In this document: positions 1 to 15,182 of the stretch, piece after piece | Numbering within the stretch: the stretch's first letter is position 1 | How the letters are laid out: each line of letters opens with the position of its first letter | Assembly: GCA_032718475.1 (NCBI GenBank) | Contig: JAUCBJ010008238.1 | Span: forward strand, 1-64,000 | Direction: 5' to 3' | DNA length: 64,000 nt | DNA from: Nemertoderma westbladi | Lineage: Eukaryota > Animalia > Xenacoelomorpha | Notes under the pieces: generated by a model | What the model saw: the letters and a program-made list of their open reading frames with translations, nothing else | Told to the model about the DNA's origin: nothing | Databases searched by the model: none | Program-made: the position numbers and the translations under genes

Positions 1-693
1 TTTACTAATAATTATTGAATGTAAAAATATTGTAGAAAGCGGACAATATGAAATTCGTAACAATTGCCTCTGAGACTGGAATATAAATAAAAACTAAAGA
101 TTACTAGCTAATTTTATAAAAAATAAAATATCTGCAGCACATTGAAAAACCATTTGAAACAATTGAAAACAAGTAAAATGTAATATTTGCACAATGCCGC
201 CACAGACTTATTTAATTTACATAAATGTTTCGATAATAAGTCATTTAGAAACAGACCAACACACACAACTAATTAACCAAGAAAATTATAATTACCGATA
301 AAAAAAACCAGTTACTTAGTAAATAGATAATAAATAGTATAACAGATGCGTACGGTTATAACAATAGGTAACAAATTGATTAGCTTACATAGCAGTGCGT
401 CATTTAGCAATAAAAAACTCACATATTTAGGGTCATTTAAATCTCGCGCCCATAGAGTCAGGACAAACAACACCCGACAATAAATTCTTCTGTCATATTG
501 TTTCATTTCATAGAACAAGTATATCATTTGTAGTACAAGTTCCTATCAATGATCTCATTTCATGCTGTGTTGTTCTGGCGCTCTGGTTCTCAAACAGAGG
601 ATAATTATAAAACGTTTAGCTTTGGAATAATAACACCTATACAGGTGTTATCATACACAATATTATCATATGAACTAGAATGAGATGAACCAA

Positions 694-912
694 TCACAGA
701 CGATTACAATTGGCCCCGGGTTTACCGTTCACCGTTCGGTAGGTTTCGCATATAAGTTTCTCCAGTTGCCGCAAACCTTTCTCTTGGAGTTCCTCACTAT
801 GGAAACTGTTCACTGTAAGCCACGGCACAAAGTCCAGAGCTGGACGGAGTGAGTGAGTAGACAGCACCATATCGTGTTGCAAAGAGTTTCCTAAACTGCT
901 GCCAATACATTC
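694..912 (-). CDS. IFI30: GILT-like exon 3 (terminal)
   Basis: Pyrimidine-rich ...CATCTAG acceptor; ECIGSSLGNSLQHDM...DFVPWLTVN...ICETY matches the GILT C-terminus; in frame to the stop; joined protein is 245 aa. Confidence 0.85.
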   Translation of the reverse strand, partial: ECIGSSLGNSLQHDMVLSTHSLRPALDFVPWLTVNSFHSEELQEKGLRQLEKLICETYRTVNGKPGANCNRL

Positions 913-954
913 CTAGATGAGTAAAGAAAGATAAATCTAACTGTTTGTAACAAA

Positions 955-3900
955 CAACACACCCGACTGTTACATGTACATTAACCGTAGCTACACACAC
1001 ACCCGACTGTTACATGTACATTAACCGTAGCTACACACACACCCGACTGTTCCATTTACATTAACTGTAGCTACACACACACCCGACTGTTCCATTTACA
1101 TTAACTGTAGCTACACACACACCCGACTGTTCCATTTACATTAACTGTAGCTACACACACACCCGACTGTTCCATGTACATTAACCGTAGCTACACACAC
1201 ACCCGACTGTTCCATTTACATTAACTGTAGCTACACACACACCCGACTGTTCCATTTACATCAACTGTAGCTACACACACACCCGACTGTTCCATTTACA
1301 TCAACTGTAGCTACACACACACCCGACTGTTCCATTTACATCAACTGTAGCTACACACACACCCGACTGTTCCATTTACATCAACTGTAGCTACACACAC
1401 ACCCGACTGTTCCATTTACATCAACTGTAGCTACACACACATCCGACTGTTCCATTTACATCAACTGTAGCTACAGACACACCCGACTGTTCCATTTAAA
1501 TCAACTGTAGCTACACACACACCCGACTGTTTCATTTACATTAACTGTAGCTACACACACACCCGACTGTTCCATTTACATTAACTGTAGCTACACACAC
1601 ACACCCGACTGTTCCATTTACATTAACTGTAGCTACACACACACACCCGACTGTTCCATTTACATTAACCGTAGCTACACACACACCCGACTGTTCCATT
1701 TACATTAACTGTAGCTACACACACACCCGACTGTTCCATTTACATCAACTGTAGCTACACACACATCCGACTGTTCCATTTACATCAACTGTAGCTACAG
1801 ACACACCCGACTGTTCCATTTACATCAACTGTAGCTACACACACACCCGACTGTTCCATTTACATCAACTGTAGCTACACACACACCCGACTGTTCCATT
1901 TACATCAACTGTAGCTACACACACACCCGACTGTTTCATTTACATCAACTGTAGCTACACACACACCCGACTGTTCCATTTACATTAACCGTAGCTACAC
2001 ACACACCCGACTGTTCTATTTACATCAACTGTAGCTACACACACACCCGACTGTTACATGTACATTAACCGTAGCTACACACACACCCGACTGTTCCATT
2101 TACATTAACCGTAGCTACACACACACCCGACTGTTCCATTTACATTAACTGTAGCTACACACACACACCCGACTGTTACATGTACATTAACCGTAGCTAC
2201 ACACACACCCGACTGTTCCATTTACATTAACTGTAGCTACACACACACCCGACTGTTCCATTTACATCAACTGTAGCTACACACACACCCGACTGTTCCA
2301 TTTACATCAACTGTAGCTACACACACACCCGACTGTTCCATTTACATCAACTGTAGCTACACACACACCCGACTGTTCCATTTACATCAACTGTAGCTAC
2401 ACACACACCCGACTGTTCCATTTACATCAACTGTAGCTACACACACATCCGACTGTTCCATTTACATCAACTGTAGCTACAGACACACCCGACTGTTCCA
2501 TTTACATCAACTGTAGCTACACACACACCCGACTGTTTCATTTACATTAACCGTAGCTACACACACACCCGACTGTTCCATTTACATTAACTGTAGCTAC
2601 ACACACACACCCGACTGTTACATGTACATTAACCGTAGCTACACACACACCCGACTGTTCCATTTACATTAACTGTAGCTACACACACACACCCGACTGT
2701 TCCATTTACATTAACTGTAGCTACACACACATCCGACTGTTCCATTTACATCAACTGTAGCTACAGACACACCCGACTGTTCCATTTACATCAACTGTAG
2801 CTACACACACACCCGACTGTTCCATTTACATCAACTGTAGCTACACACACATCCGACTGTTCCATTTACATCAACTGTAGCTACACACACACCCGACTGT
2901 TTCATTTACATCAACTGTAGCTACACACACACCCGACTGTTCCATTTACATTAACCGTAGCTACACACACACCCGACTGTTCTATTTACATCAACTGTAG
3001 CTACACACACACCCGACTGTTCCATTTACATCAACTGTAGCTACACACACATCCGACTGTTCCATTTACATCAACTGTAGCTACAGACACACCCGACTGT
3101 TCCATTTAAATCAACTGTAGCTACACACACACCCGACTGTTTCATTTACATCAACTGTAGCTACACACACACCCGACTGTTCCATTTACATTAACCGTAG
3201 CTACACACACACCCGACTGTTCTATTTACATTAACTGTAGCTACACACACACACACCCGACTGTTCTATTTACATTAACTATAGCTACACACACACCCGA
3301 CTGTTCCATTTACATTAACAGTAGCTACACACACACACCCGACTGTTCCATTTACATTAACTGTAGCTACACACACACACCCGACTGTTCCATTTAAATT
3401 AACTATAGCTACACACATACACCCGACTGTTCCATTTACATTAACTGTAGCTACACACACACACCCGACTGTTCCATTTACATTAACAGTAGGTACACAC
3501 ACACACCCGACTGTTCCATTTACATTAACTGTACCTACACACACACACACACCCGAATGTTCCATTTATATTAACTGTAGCACACACACACCCGACTGTT
3601 CCATTTACATTAACTGTAGCTACACACACACCCGACTGTTTTATTTACATTAACTATAGCTACACACACACCCGACTGTTCCATTTACACTAACTGTAGC
3701 TACAGTCACACCCGACTGTTCCATTTACATTAACTGTAGCTACACACACACACCCGACTGTTCCATTTATATTAACTGTAGCACACACACCCGACTGTTC
3801 CATTTAAATTAACTGTAGCTACACACACACACCCGACTGTTCCATTTTCATTAACTGTAGCTACACACACACACCCGATTGTTCCATTTACATTAACTGT

Positions 3901-6900
3901 AGCTACACACACACCCGACTGTTCCATTTACATTAACTGTAGCTACACACACACACCCGACTGTTCCATTTACATTAACTGTAGCTACACACACACCCGA
4001 CTGTTCCATTTACATTAACTGTAGCTACACACACACCCGACTGTTGCATTTACATTAACTGTAGCTACACACACACCCGACTGTTTCATTTACATTAACT
4101 GTAGCTACACACACACACACCCGACTGTTCCATTTACATTAACAGGAGCTACACACACACACCCGACTGTTCCATTTACATTAACTGTAGCTACACACAC
4201 ACACCCGACTGTTCCATTTACATGAACAGTAGCTACACACACACACCCGACTGTTCCATTTACATTAACTGTAGCTACACACACACACCCGACTGTTCCA
4301 TTTACATTAACTGTAGCTACACACACACCCGACTGTTCCATTTACATTAACTGTAGCTACACACACACCCGACTGTTCCATTTACATTAACTGTAGCTAC
4401 ACACACACCCGACTGTTTCATTTACATTAACTGTAGCTACACACACACCCGACTGTTCCATTTACACTAACTGTAGCTACAGTCACACCCGACTGTTCCA
4501 TTTACATTAACTGTAGCTACACACACACACCCGACTGTTCCATTTATATTAACTGTAGCACACACACACCCGACTGTTCCATTTAAATTAACTGTAGCTA
4601 CACACACACACCCGACTGTTCCATTTTCATTAACTGTAGCTACACACACACACCCGATTGTTCCATTTACATTAACTGTAGCTACACACACACCCGACTG
4701 TTCCATTTACATTAACTGTAGCTACACACACACACCCGACTGTTCCATTTACATTAACTGTAGCTACACACACACCCGACTGTTCCATTTACATTAACTG
4801 TAGCTACACAAACACACCCGACTGTTCCATTTACATTAACTGTAGCTACACACACACACCCGACTGTTCCATTTACATTAACTGTAGCTACACACACACC
4901 CGACTGTTCCATTTACATTAACTGTAGCTACACACACACCCGACTGTTCCATTTACATTAACTGTAGCTACACACACACACCCGACTGTTCCATTTACAT
5001 TAACTGTAGCTACACACACACACCCGACTGTTCCATTTACATTAACTGTAGCTACACACACACACCCGACTGTTCCATTTACATTAACTGTAGCTACACA
5101 CACACCCGACTGTTCCATTTACATTAACTGTAGCTACACACACACACACGACTGTTCCATTTACATTAACTGTAGCTACAGACACACACCCGACTGTTCC
5201 ATTTACATTAACTGTAGCTACACACACACCCGACTGTTCCATTTACATTAACTGTAGCTACACAAACACACCCGACTGTTCCATTTACATTAACTGTAGC
5301 TACACATGCACCCGACTGTTTCATTTACATTAACTGTAGCTACACACACACCCGACTGTTCCATTTACACTAACTGTAGCTACAGTCACACCCGACTGTT
5401 CCATTTACATTAACTGTAGCTACACACACACACCCGACTGTTCCATTTATATTAACTGTAGCACACACACACCCGACTGTTCCATTTAAATTAACTGTAG
5501 CTACACACACACACCCGACTGTTCCATTTTCATTAACTGTAGCTACACACACACACCCGACTGTTCCATTTACATTAACTGTAGCTACACACACACCCGA
5601 CTGTTCCATTTACATTAACTGTAGCTACACAAACACACCCGACTGTTCCATTTACATTAACTGTAGCTACACACACACCCGACTGTTCCATTTACATTAA
5701 CTGTAGCTACACAAACACACCCGACTGTTCCATTTACATTAACTGTAGCTACACATACACCCGACTGTTCCATTTACATTAACTGTAGCTACACACACAC
5801 CCGACTGTTCCATTTACATTAACTGTAGCTACACAAACACACCCGACTGTTCCATTTACATTAACTGTAGCTACACACACACCCGACAGTTCCATTTTCA
5901 TTAACTGTAGCTACACACACACCCGACTGTTCCATTTACATTAACTGTAGCTACACACACACCCGACTGTTCCATTTACATTAACTGTAGCTACACACAC
6001 ACACCCGACTGTTCCATTTACATTAACTGTAGCTACACACACACCCGACTGTTCCATTTACATTAACTGTAGCTACACAAACACACCCGACTGTTCCATT
6101 TACATTAACTGTAGCTACACACACACACACCCGACTGTTCCATTTACATTAACTGTAGCTACACAAACACACCCGACTGTTCCATTTACATTAACTGTAG
6201 CTACACAAACACACCAGACTGTTCCATTTACATTAACTGTAGCTACACACACACACCCGACTGTTCCATTTACATTAACTGTAGCTACACAAACACTCCC
6301 GACTGTTCCATTTACATTAACTGTAGCTACACACACACACACCCGACTGTTTCATTTACATTAACTGTAGCTACACAAACACACCCGACTGTTCCATTTA
6401 CATTAACTGTAGCTACACAAACACACCAGACTGTTCCATTTACATTAACTGTAGCTACACAAACACACCCGACTGTTCCATTTACATTAACTGTAGCTAC
6501 ACAAACACACCCGACTGTTCCATTTACATTAACTGTAGCTACACACACACACACCCGACTGTTCCATTTACATTAACTGTAGCTACACAAACACACCCGA
6601 CTGTTCCATTTACATTAACTGTAGCTACACAAACACACCAGACTGTTCCATTTACATTAACTGTAGCTACACACACACCCGACTGTTCCATGTACATTAA
6701 CAGTAGCTACACAACACACACACACCCGACTGTTCCATTTACATTAACTGTAGCTACACAAACACTCCCGACTGTTCCATTTACATTAACTGTAGCTACA
6801 CACACACACACCCGACTGTTTCATTTACATTAACTGTAGCTACACAAACACACCCGATTGTTCCATTTACATTAACTGTAGCTACACAAACACACCAGAC

Positions 6901-9900
6901 TGTTCCATTTACATTAACTGTAGCTACACACACACACCCGACTGTTCCATTTACATTAACTGTAGCTACACAAACACTCCCGACTGTTCCATTTACATTA
7001 ACTGTAGCTACACACACACACACCCGACTGTTTCATTTACATTAACTGTAGCTACACAAACACACCCGACTGTTCCATTTACATTAACTGTAGCTACACA
7101 AACACACCCGATTGTTCCATTTACATTAACTGTAGCTACACAAACACACCAGACTGTTCCATTTACATTAACTGTAGCTACACAAACACACCAGACTGTT
7201 CCATTTACATTAACTGTAGCTACACAAACACACCAGACTGTTCCATTTACATTAACTGTAGCTACACACACACACACCCGACTGTTCCATTTACATTAAC
7301 TGTAGCTACACAAACACTCCCGACTGTTCCATTTACATTAACTGTAGCTACACACACACACACCCGACTGTTTCATTTACATTAACTGTAGCTACACAAA
7401 CACACCCGATTGTTCCATTTACATTAACTGTAGCTACACAAACACACCAGACTGTTCCATTTACATTAACTGTAGCTACAGTCACACCCGACTGTTCCAT
7501 TTACATTAACTGTAGCTACACACACACACCCGACTGTTCCATTTATATTAACTGTAGCACACACACACCCGACTGTTCCATTTAAATTAACTGTAGCTAC
7601 ACACACACACCCGACTGTTCCATTTTCATTAACTGTAGCTACACACACACACCCGATTGTTCCATTTACATTAACTGTAGCTACACACACACCCGACTGT
7701 TCCATTTACATTAACTGTAGCTACACAAACACACCCGACTGTTCCATTTACATTAACTGTAGCTACACACACACCCGACTGTTCCATTTACATTAACTGT
7801 AGCTACACAAACACACCCGACTGTTCCATTTACATTAACTGTAGCTACACATACACCCGACTGTTCCATTTACATTAACTGTAGCTACACACACACCCGA
7901 CTGTTCCATTTACATTAACTGTAGCTACACAAACACACCAGACTGTTCCATTTACATTAACTGTAGCTACACACACACACCCGACTGTTCCATTTACATT
8001 AACTGTAGCTACACAAACACACCCGACTGTTCCATTTACATTAACTGTAGCTACACACACACACCCGACTGTTCCATTTACATTAACTGTAGCTACACAA
8101 ACACACCAGACTGTTCCATTTACATTAACTGTAGCTACACACACACACCCGACTGTTCCATTTACATTAACTGTAGCTACACAAACACTCCCGACTGTTC
8201 CATTTACATTAACTGTAGCTACACACACACACACCCGACTGTTCCATTTACATTAACTGTAGCTACACAAACACACCCGACTGTTCCATTTACATTAACT
8301 GTAGCTACACAAACACACCAGACTGTTCCATTTACATTAACTGTAGCTACACAAACACACCCGACTGTTCCATTTACATTAACTGTAGCTACACAAACAC
8401 ACCCGACTGTTCCATTTACATTAACTGTAGCTACACACACACACACCCGACTGTTCCATTTACATTAACTGTAGCTACACAAACACACCCGACTGTTCCA
8501 TTTACATTAACTGTAGCTACACAAACACACCAGACTGTTCCATTTACATTAACTGTAGCTACACACACACACCCGACTGTTCCATTTACATTAACTGTAG
8601 CTACACAAACACTCCCGACTGTTCCATTTACATTAACTGTAGCTACACACACACACACCCGACTGTTCCATTTACATTAACTGTAGCTACACAAACACAC
8701 CCGACTGTTCCATTTACATTAACTGTAGCTACACAAACACACCAGACTGTTCCATTTACATTAACTGTAGCTACACACACACACCCGACTGTTCCATTTA
8801 CATTAACTGTAGCTACACAAACACTCCCGACTGTTCCATTTACATTAACTGTAGCTACACACACACACACCCGACTGTTCCATTTACATTAACTGTAGCT
8901 ACACAAACACACCCGACTGTTCCATTTACATTAACTGTAGCTACACAAACACACCCGATTGTTCCATTTACATTAACTGTAGCTACACAAACACACCAGA
9001 CTGTTCCATTTACATTAACTGTAGCTACACAAACACACCAGACTGTTCCATTTACATTAACTGTAGCTACACAAACACACCAGACTGTTCCATTTACATT
9101 AACTGTAGCTACACACACACACACCCGACTGTTCCATTTACATTAACTGTAGCTACACAAACACTCCCGACTGTTCCATTTACATTAACTGTAGCTACAC
9201 ACACACACACCCGACTGTTTCATTTACATTAACTGTAGCTACACAAACACACCCGATTGTTCCATTTACATTAACTGTAGCTACACAAACACACCAGACT
9301 GTTCCATTTACATTAACTGTAGCTACAGTCACACCCGACTGTTCCATTTACATTAACTGTAGCTACACACACACACCCGACTGTTCCATTTATATTAACT
9401 GTAGCACACACACACCCGACTGTTCCATTTAAATTAACTGTAGCTACACACACACACCCGACTGTTCCATTTTCATTAACTGTAGCTACACACACACACC
9501 CGATTGTTCCATTTACATTAACTGTAGCTACACACACACCCGACTGTTCCATTTACATTAACTGTAGCTACACAAACACACCCGACTGTTCCATTTACAT
9601 TAACTGTAGCTACACACACACCCGACTGTTCCATTTACATTAACTGTAGCTACACAAACACACCCGACTGTTCCATTTACATTAACTGTAGCTACACATA
9701 CACCCGACTGTTCCATTTACATTAACTGTAGCTACACACACACCCGACTGTTCCATTTACATTAACTGTAGCTACACAAACACACCCGACTGTTCCATTT
9801 ACATTAACTGTAGCTACACACACACCCGACAGTTCCATTTTCATTAACTGTAGCTACACACACACCCGACTGTTCCATTTACATTAACTGTAGCTACACA

Positions 9901-10195
9901 CACACCCGACTGTTCCATTTACATTAACTGTAGCTACACACACACACCCGACTGTTCCATTTACATTAACTGTAGCTACACACACACCCGACTGTTCCAT
10001 TTACATTAACTGTAGCTACACAAACACACCCGACTGTTCCATTTACATTAACTGTAGCTACACACACACACACCCGACTGTTCCATTTACATTAACTGTA
10101 GCTACACACACACCCGACTGTTCCATTTACATTAACAGTAGCTACACACACACACACGACTGTTTTACATTAACTGTAGCTACACACACACCCGA
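955..10195. repeat. Intronic satellite, distal domain: 40/42/44-bp unit ACCCGACTGTTCCATTTACATTAACTGTAGCTAC(AC)n
   Basis: About 225 tandem copies; length varies in the CA run; higher-order periodicities present. Confidence 0.97.
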
Positions 10196-12784
10196 CTGTC
10201 CCATACACTTACATTAACTGTAGCTACATACACACCAAACTGTCCCATACACTTACATTAACTGCAGCTACATCCACACCAAACTGTCCCATACATTTAC
10301 ATTAACTGTAGCTACATCCACACCAAACTGTCCCATACACTTACATTAACTGTAGCTACATCCACACCAAACTGTCCCATACACTTACATTAACTGTAGC
10401 TACATCGACACCAAACTGTCCCATACACTTACATTAACTGTAGCTACATCCACACCAAACTGTCCCATACACTTACATTAACTGTAGCTACATCCACACC
10501 AAACTGTCCCATACACTTACATTAACTGTAGCTACATCCACACCAAACTGTCCCATACACTTACATTAACTGTAGCTACATCCACACCAAACTGTCCCAT
10601 ACACTTACATTAACTGTAGCTACATACACACCAAACTGTCCCATACACTTACATTAACTGTAGCTACATCCACACCAAACTGTCCCATACACTTACATTA
10701 ACTGTAGCTACATCCACACCAAACTGTCCCATACACTTACATTAACTGTAGCTACATACACACCAAACTGTCCCATACACTTACATTAACTGTAGCTACA
10801 TCCACACCAAACTGTCCCATACACTTACATTAACTGTAGCTACATCCACACCAAACTGTCCCATACACTTACATTAACTGTAGCTACATCCACACCAAAC
10901 TGTCCCATACACTTACATTTACTGTAGCTACATCCACACCAAACTGTCCCATACACTTACATTAACTGCAGCTACATCCACACCAAACTGTCCCATACAC
11001 TTACATTAACTGCAGCTACATCCACACCAAACTGTCCCATACACTTACATTAACTGCAGCTGCATCCACACCAAACTGTCCCATACACTTACATCAACTG
11101 TAGCTACATCCACACCAAACTGTCCCATACACTTACATTAACTGCAGCTACATCCACACCAAACTGTCCCATACACTTACATTAACTGTAGCTACATCCA
11201 CACCAAACTGTCCCATACACTTACATTAACTGTAGCTACATCCACACCAAACTGTCCCATACACTTACATTAACTGTAGCTACATCCACACCAAACTGTC
11301 CCATGCACTTACATTAACTATAGCTACATGCACACCAAACTGTCCCATACACTTACACTAACTGTAGCTACACACACACCCGACTGTTCCACTTACATTA
11401 ACTGTAGCTACATCCACACCAAACTGTCCCATACACTTACATTAACTGTAGCTACATCCACATCAAACTGTCCCATACACTTACATTAACTGTAGCTACA
11501 TCCACACCAAACTGTCCCATGCACTTACATTAACTGTAGCTACATGCACACCAAACTGTCCCATACACTTACACTAACTGTAGCTACACACACACCCGAC
11601 TGTTCCACTTACATTAACTGTAGCTACATCCACACCAAACTGTCCCATATACTTACATTAACTGTAGCTACATCCACATCAAACTGTCCCATACACTTAC
11701 ATTAACTGTAGCTACATCCACACCAAACTGTCCCATGCACTTACATTAACTGTAGCTACATGCACACCAAACTGTCCCATACACTTACATTAACTGTAGC
11801 TACATCCACATCAAACTGTCCCATACACTTACATTAACTGTAGCTACATCCACACCAAACTGTCCCATGCACTTACATTAACTGTAGCTACATCCACACC
11901 AAACTGTCCCATGCACTTACATTAACTGTAGCTACATGCACACCAAACTGTCCCATACACTTACACTAACTGTAGCTACACACACACCCGACTGTTCCAC
12001 TTACATTAACTGTAGCTACATCCACACCAAACTGTCCCATACACTTACACTAACTGTAGCTACACACACACCCGACTGTTCCACTTACATTAACTGTAGC
12101 TACATCCACACCAAACTGTCCCATACACTTACATTAACTGTAGCTACACACACACCCGACTGTTCCACTTACATTAACTGTAGCTACATGCACACCAAAC
12201 TGTCCCATACACTTACACTAACTGTAGCTACACACACACCCGACTGTTCCACTTACATTAACTGTAGCTACATCCACACCAAACTGTCCCATACACTTAC
12301 ATTAACTGTAGCTACATCCACATCAAACTGTCCCATACACTTACATTAACTGTAGCTACATCCACACCAAACTGTCCCATACACTTACATTAACTGTAGC
12401 TACATCCACACCAAACTGTCCCATACACTTACATTAACTGTAGCTACATCCACACCAAACTGTCCCATACACTTACATTAACTGTAGCTACATCCACACC
12501 AAACTGTCCCTTACACTTACATTAACTGTAGCTACATCCACACCAAACTGTCCCATACACTTACATTAACTGTAGCTACATCCACATCAAACTGTCCCAT
12601 ACACTTACATTAACTGTAGCTACATCCACACCAAACTGTCCCATGCACTTACATTAACTGTAGCTACATCCACACCAAACTGTCCCATACACTTACATTA
12701 ACTGTAGCTACATCCACACCAAACTGTCCCATGCACTTACATTAACTGTAGCTACATCCACACCAAACTGTCCCATACACTTAC
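10196..12784. repeat. Intronic satellite, exon-proximal domain: 44-bp unit CACCAAACTGTCCCATACACTTACATTAACTGTAGCTACATCCA
   Basis: About 59 tandem copies, with some 40-bp distal-type units interleaved (about 11350-12260); abuts the exon 2 donor. Confidence 0.97.
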
Positions 12785-12925
12785 ATTTATTGCAGCTACA
12801 TCCACACCAGATTGTTTCATACACTTTATGGCGACATCTGGATTCTTTCTGTCATTGTTACTCATAATGCAATGAATAGTTCGAATTGCAGCAACCTTGG
12901 TGGGAGTCAGCTTTAGCAAACACGT
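12785..12925 (-). CDS. IFI30: GILT-like exon 2
   Basis: TTTACAG acceptor; TCLLKL...IHCIM...KCMKQSGVDVAAIN completes the CQHGx2ECx2Nx4C signature; 141 nt; GTAAGT donor at 12784. Confidence 0.85.
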
Positions 12926-13117
12926 CTGTAAATGTAGAAAATGGAGGGAATAATGTTTATAAACTAGCAAACCGAGAAATTTTAGTTCATCTAGGATACT
13001 ATTGCCGAAAAATAACGATAGAAAACTCGCAATTTGGGACTGAGATAAATGCTTTATTTATTTCACTGGAAATAAAGTTGGACTTCAGTCCCTAAATGTT
13101 ATGCTATATATACTAAC

Positions 13118-13495
13118 TTGCAGTAGATTACCAGCGCATTCATCCGGACCGTGTTGGCATTTAAAGATCCAGGTTTCACTATCATCTGCTCGTTGTTCGT
13201 TACATTTACCGCACGGAACCATGGTAACGTTGACAACAGACGTCGGTAACTTCTCATACATCGGCCATAGTTGCCTGGTAATGAATGTTACAGTATCGGG
13301 ACACAAAGCCTCGTAGTAGACGCTTAGTTGAACCGGGGAGTCAGACAGTCTGGGTTTAATAGCAGTAGGGGGTGGCGGGTTGTAGTCCTTTAATATGAAG
13401 TAGAAAAGTAACACCAAAAACGCGATAAAACAAACAGCCAATAAACGTTGTTGATTCGATTTAGCCAATATTCCACGAGATAGTGATACTGTCAT
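13118..13495 (-). CDS. IFI30: GILT (gamma-interferon-inducible lysosomal thiol reductase)-like, exon 1
   Basis: ATG at 13495; hydrophobic N-terminal segment; VYYEALCPDT active-site region; CQHGPDECAGNLLQ signature start; GTTAGT donor at 13117; 378 nt, phase 0. Confidence 0.9.
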
Positions 13496-14670
13496 ATTTA
13501 CTCCCACTAGTCACAAATAAATACTTTTTCTAACAGAAGACCAAATTCATGACAACATAATGCGCTGAATGGCTGAGTATTTATATCAACTTATATAATA
13601 AATTTCATTTCCTGTATACAGTATGTAGGTAAACCCTGAACATTTATTAACTAAGGGAAAGGAGCAGGTTATGGAATGTTATTCCAAGCTAAATAATAAA
13701 CAAAATTCAACAACACAGGTTACAGTTTCTTATTTGTTCTTAATCAACTGCAAAGATTATAGATACAATACCAATAATATCGAATCATGCAGAAGTAACC
13801 ACGAATTATTACTTTGACGGCAGCGAAAACTTTAGAATAGTAATTGTTTAATGTACTGTAGTAGTGTAAGTAGGATCAGTGATAGGCATATTGTCCATTA
13901 TCTTTAACTAATTAACAACACAAGGCTTCAATCATAAATGCCACGTTGTTCAGTTTATGACTATTACGAGCTATAAATAGACCCAATAATTATCAATACT
14001 TACACTGTTGTATAAGTATAAGCACACATTGAATGTAACTGCCCTCGTATACTCGTAGTGATAGCAGTTGGCAATGTAGTGTGTGTACGCTACGTGCTGT
14101 ACGTTAGATATATATTTTTATTAAGTAACCTAACCTCAATATGTTGTCAATATTTATATCCACACCACAGTCTCTCTTACTGTAAATCGGCAGTTTATAG
14201 AATAAATACCAGGTGTGCAGTGCATATTTGCTTCGGTTTACACTACTCCACTAAACAGGTTCCATGATTTATTATAATACAGTAATATGTTTGAATGTAT
14301 GATGTACATTGATATATTACAATTACATTGCAGTATTGCAGTTGTATCTACATTGTTATAAATAAATTTGGTGATGCAATGTATCCGAGTACGGTATAGG
14401 ACTGTAGATCGAGGAATCGTAAATTTAGTAAGCAGATATGTAAGTGTGGGAATCCATAATTAATCTGTCGACGCTCGACGGTAAAGTGTAAAGAACCGGT
14501 ACGGTACGTTGTTGTCGTTAGTTCAGGAGATCGATAAAATAAAGAAATTGTATATAATACAAATACAGTCAGACAGGTACCGGTAACTAATTATAATTAC
14601 AGATTCAGATGAACGCCCAACGCTCGCCAGCCGCTGCCAGGTCTACAATAGGAAGGAAAATGAAGTAAGG

Positions 14671-15182
14671 GCGGTAGCAGCACATTCAGCCAACCAGCCT
14701 ACCTATGTTACCTGCTCTACTGTGGTAGCAGCACATTCAGCCAACCAGCCTACCTATGTTACCTGCTCTACTGTGGTAGCAGCACATTCAGCCAACCAGC
14801 CTACCAATGTTACCTGCTCTACTGTGGTAGCAGCACATTCAGCCAACCAGCCTACCTATGTTACCTGCTCTACTGTGGTAGCAGCACATTCAGCCAACCA
14901 GCCTACCTATGTTACCTGCTCTACTGTGGTAGCAGCACATTCAGCCAACCAGCCTACCTATGTTACCTGCTCTACTGTGGTAGCAGCACATTCAGCCAAC
15001 CAGCCTACCTATGTTACCTGCTCTACTGTGGTAGCAGCACATTCAGCCAACCAGCCTACCTATGTTATCTGCTCTACTGTGGTAGTAGCACATTCAGCCA
15101 ACCAGCCTACCTATGTTACCTGCTCTACTGTGGTAGCAGCACATTCAGCCAACCAGCCTACCAATGTTACCTGCTCTACTGT
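14671..15182. repeat. 51-bp minisatellite x10
   Basis: Unit GTGGTAGCAGCACATTCAGCCAACCAGCCTACCTATGTTACCTGCTCTACT, nearly identical copies. Confidence 0.95.

Noticed and set aside
955-12784. CRISPR-like array, or Cys/Val-rich repeat proteins in the ORF track
   Set aside because: Head-to-tail units with no unique spacers and no cas genes; the ORFs are by-products of 42-bp units inside a spliceosomal intron
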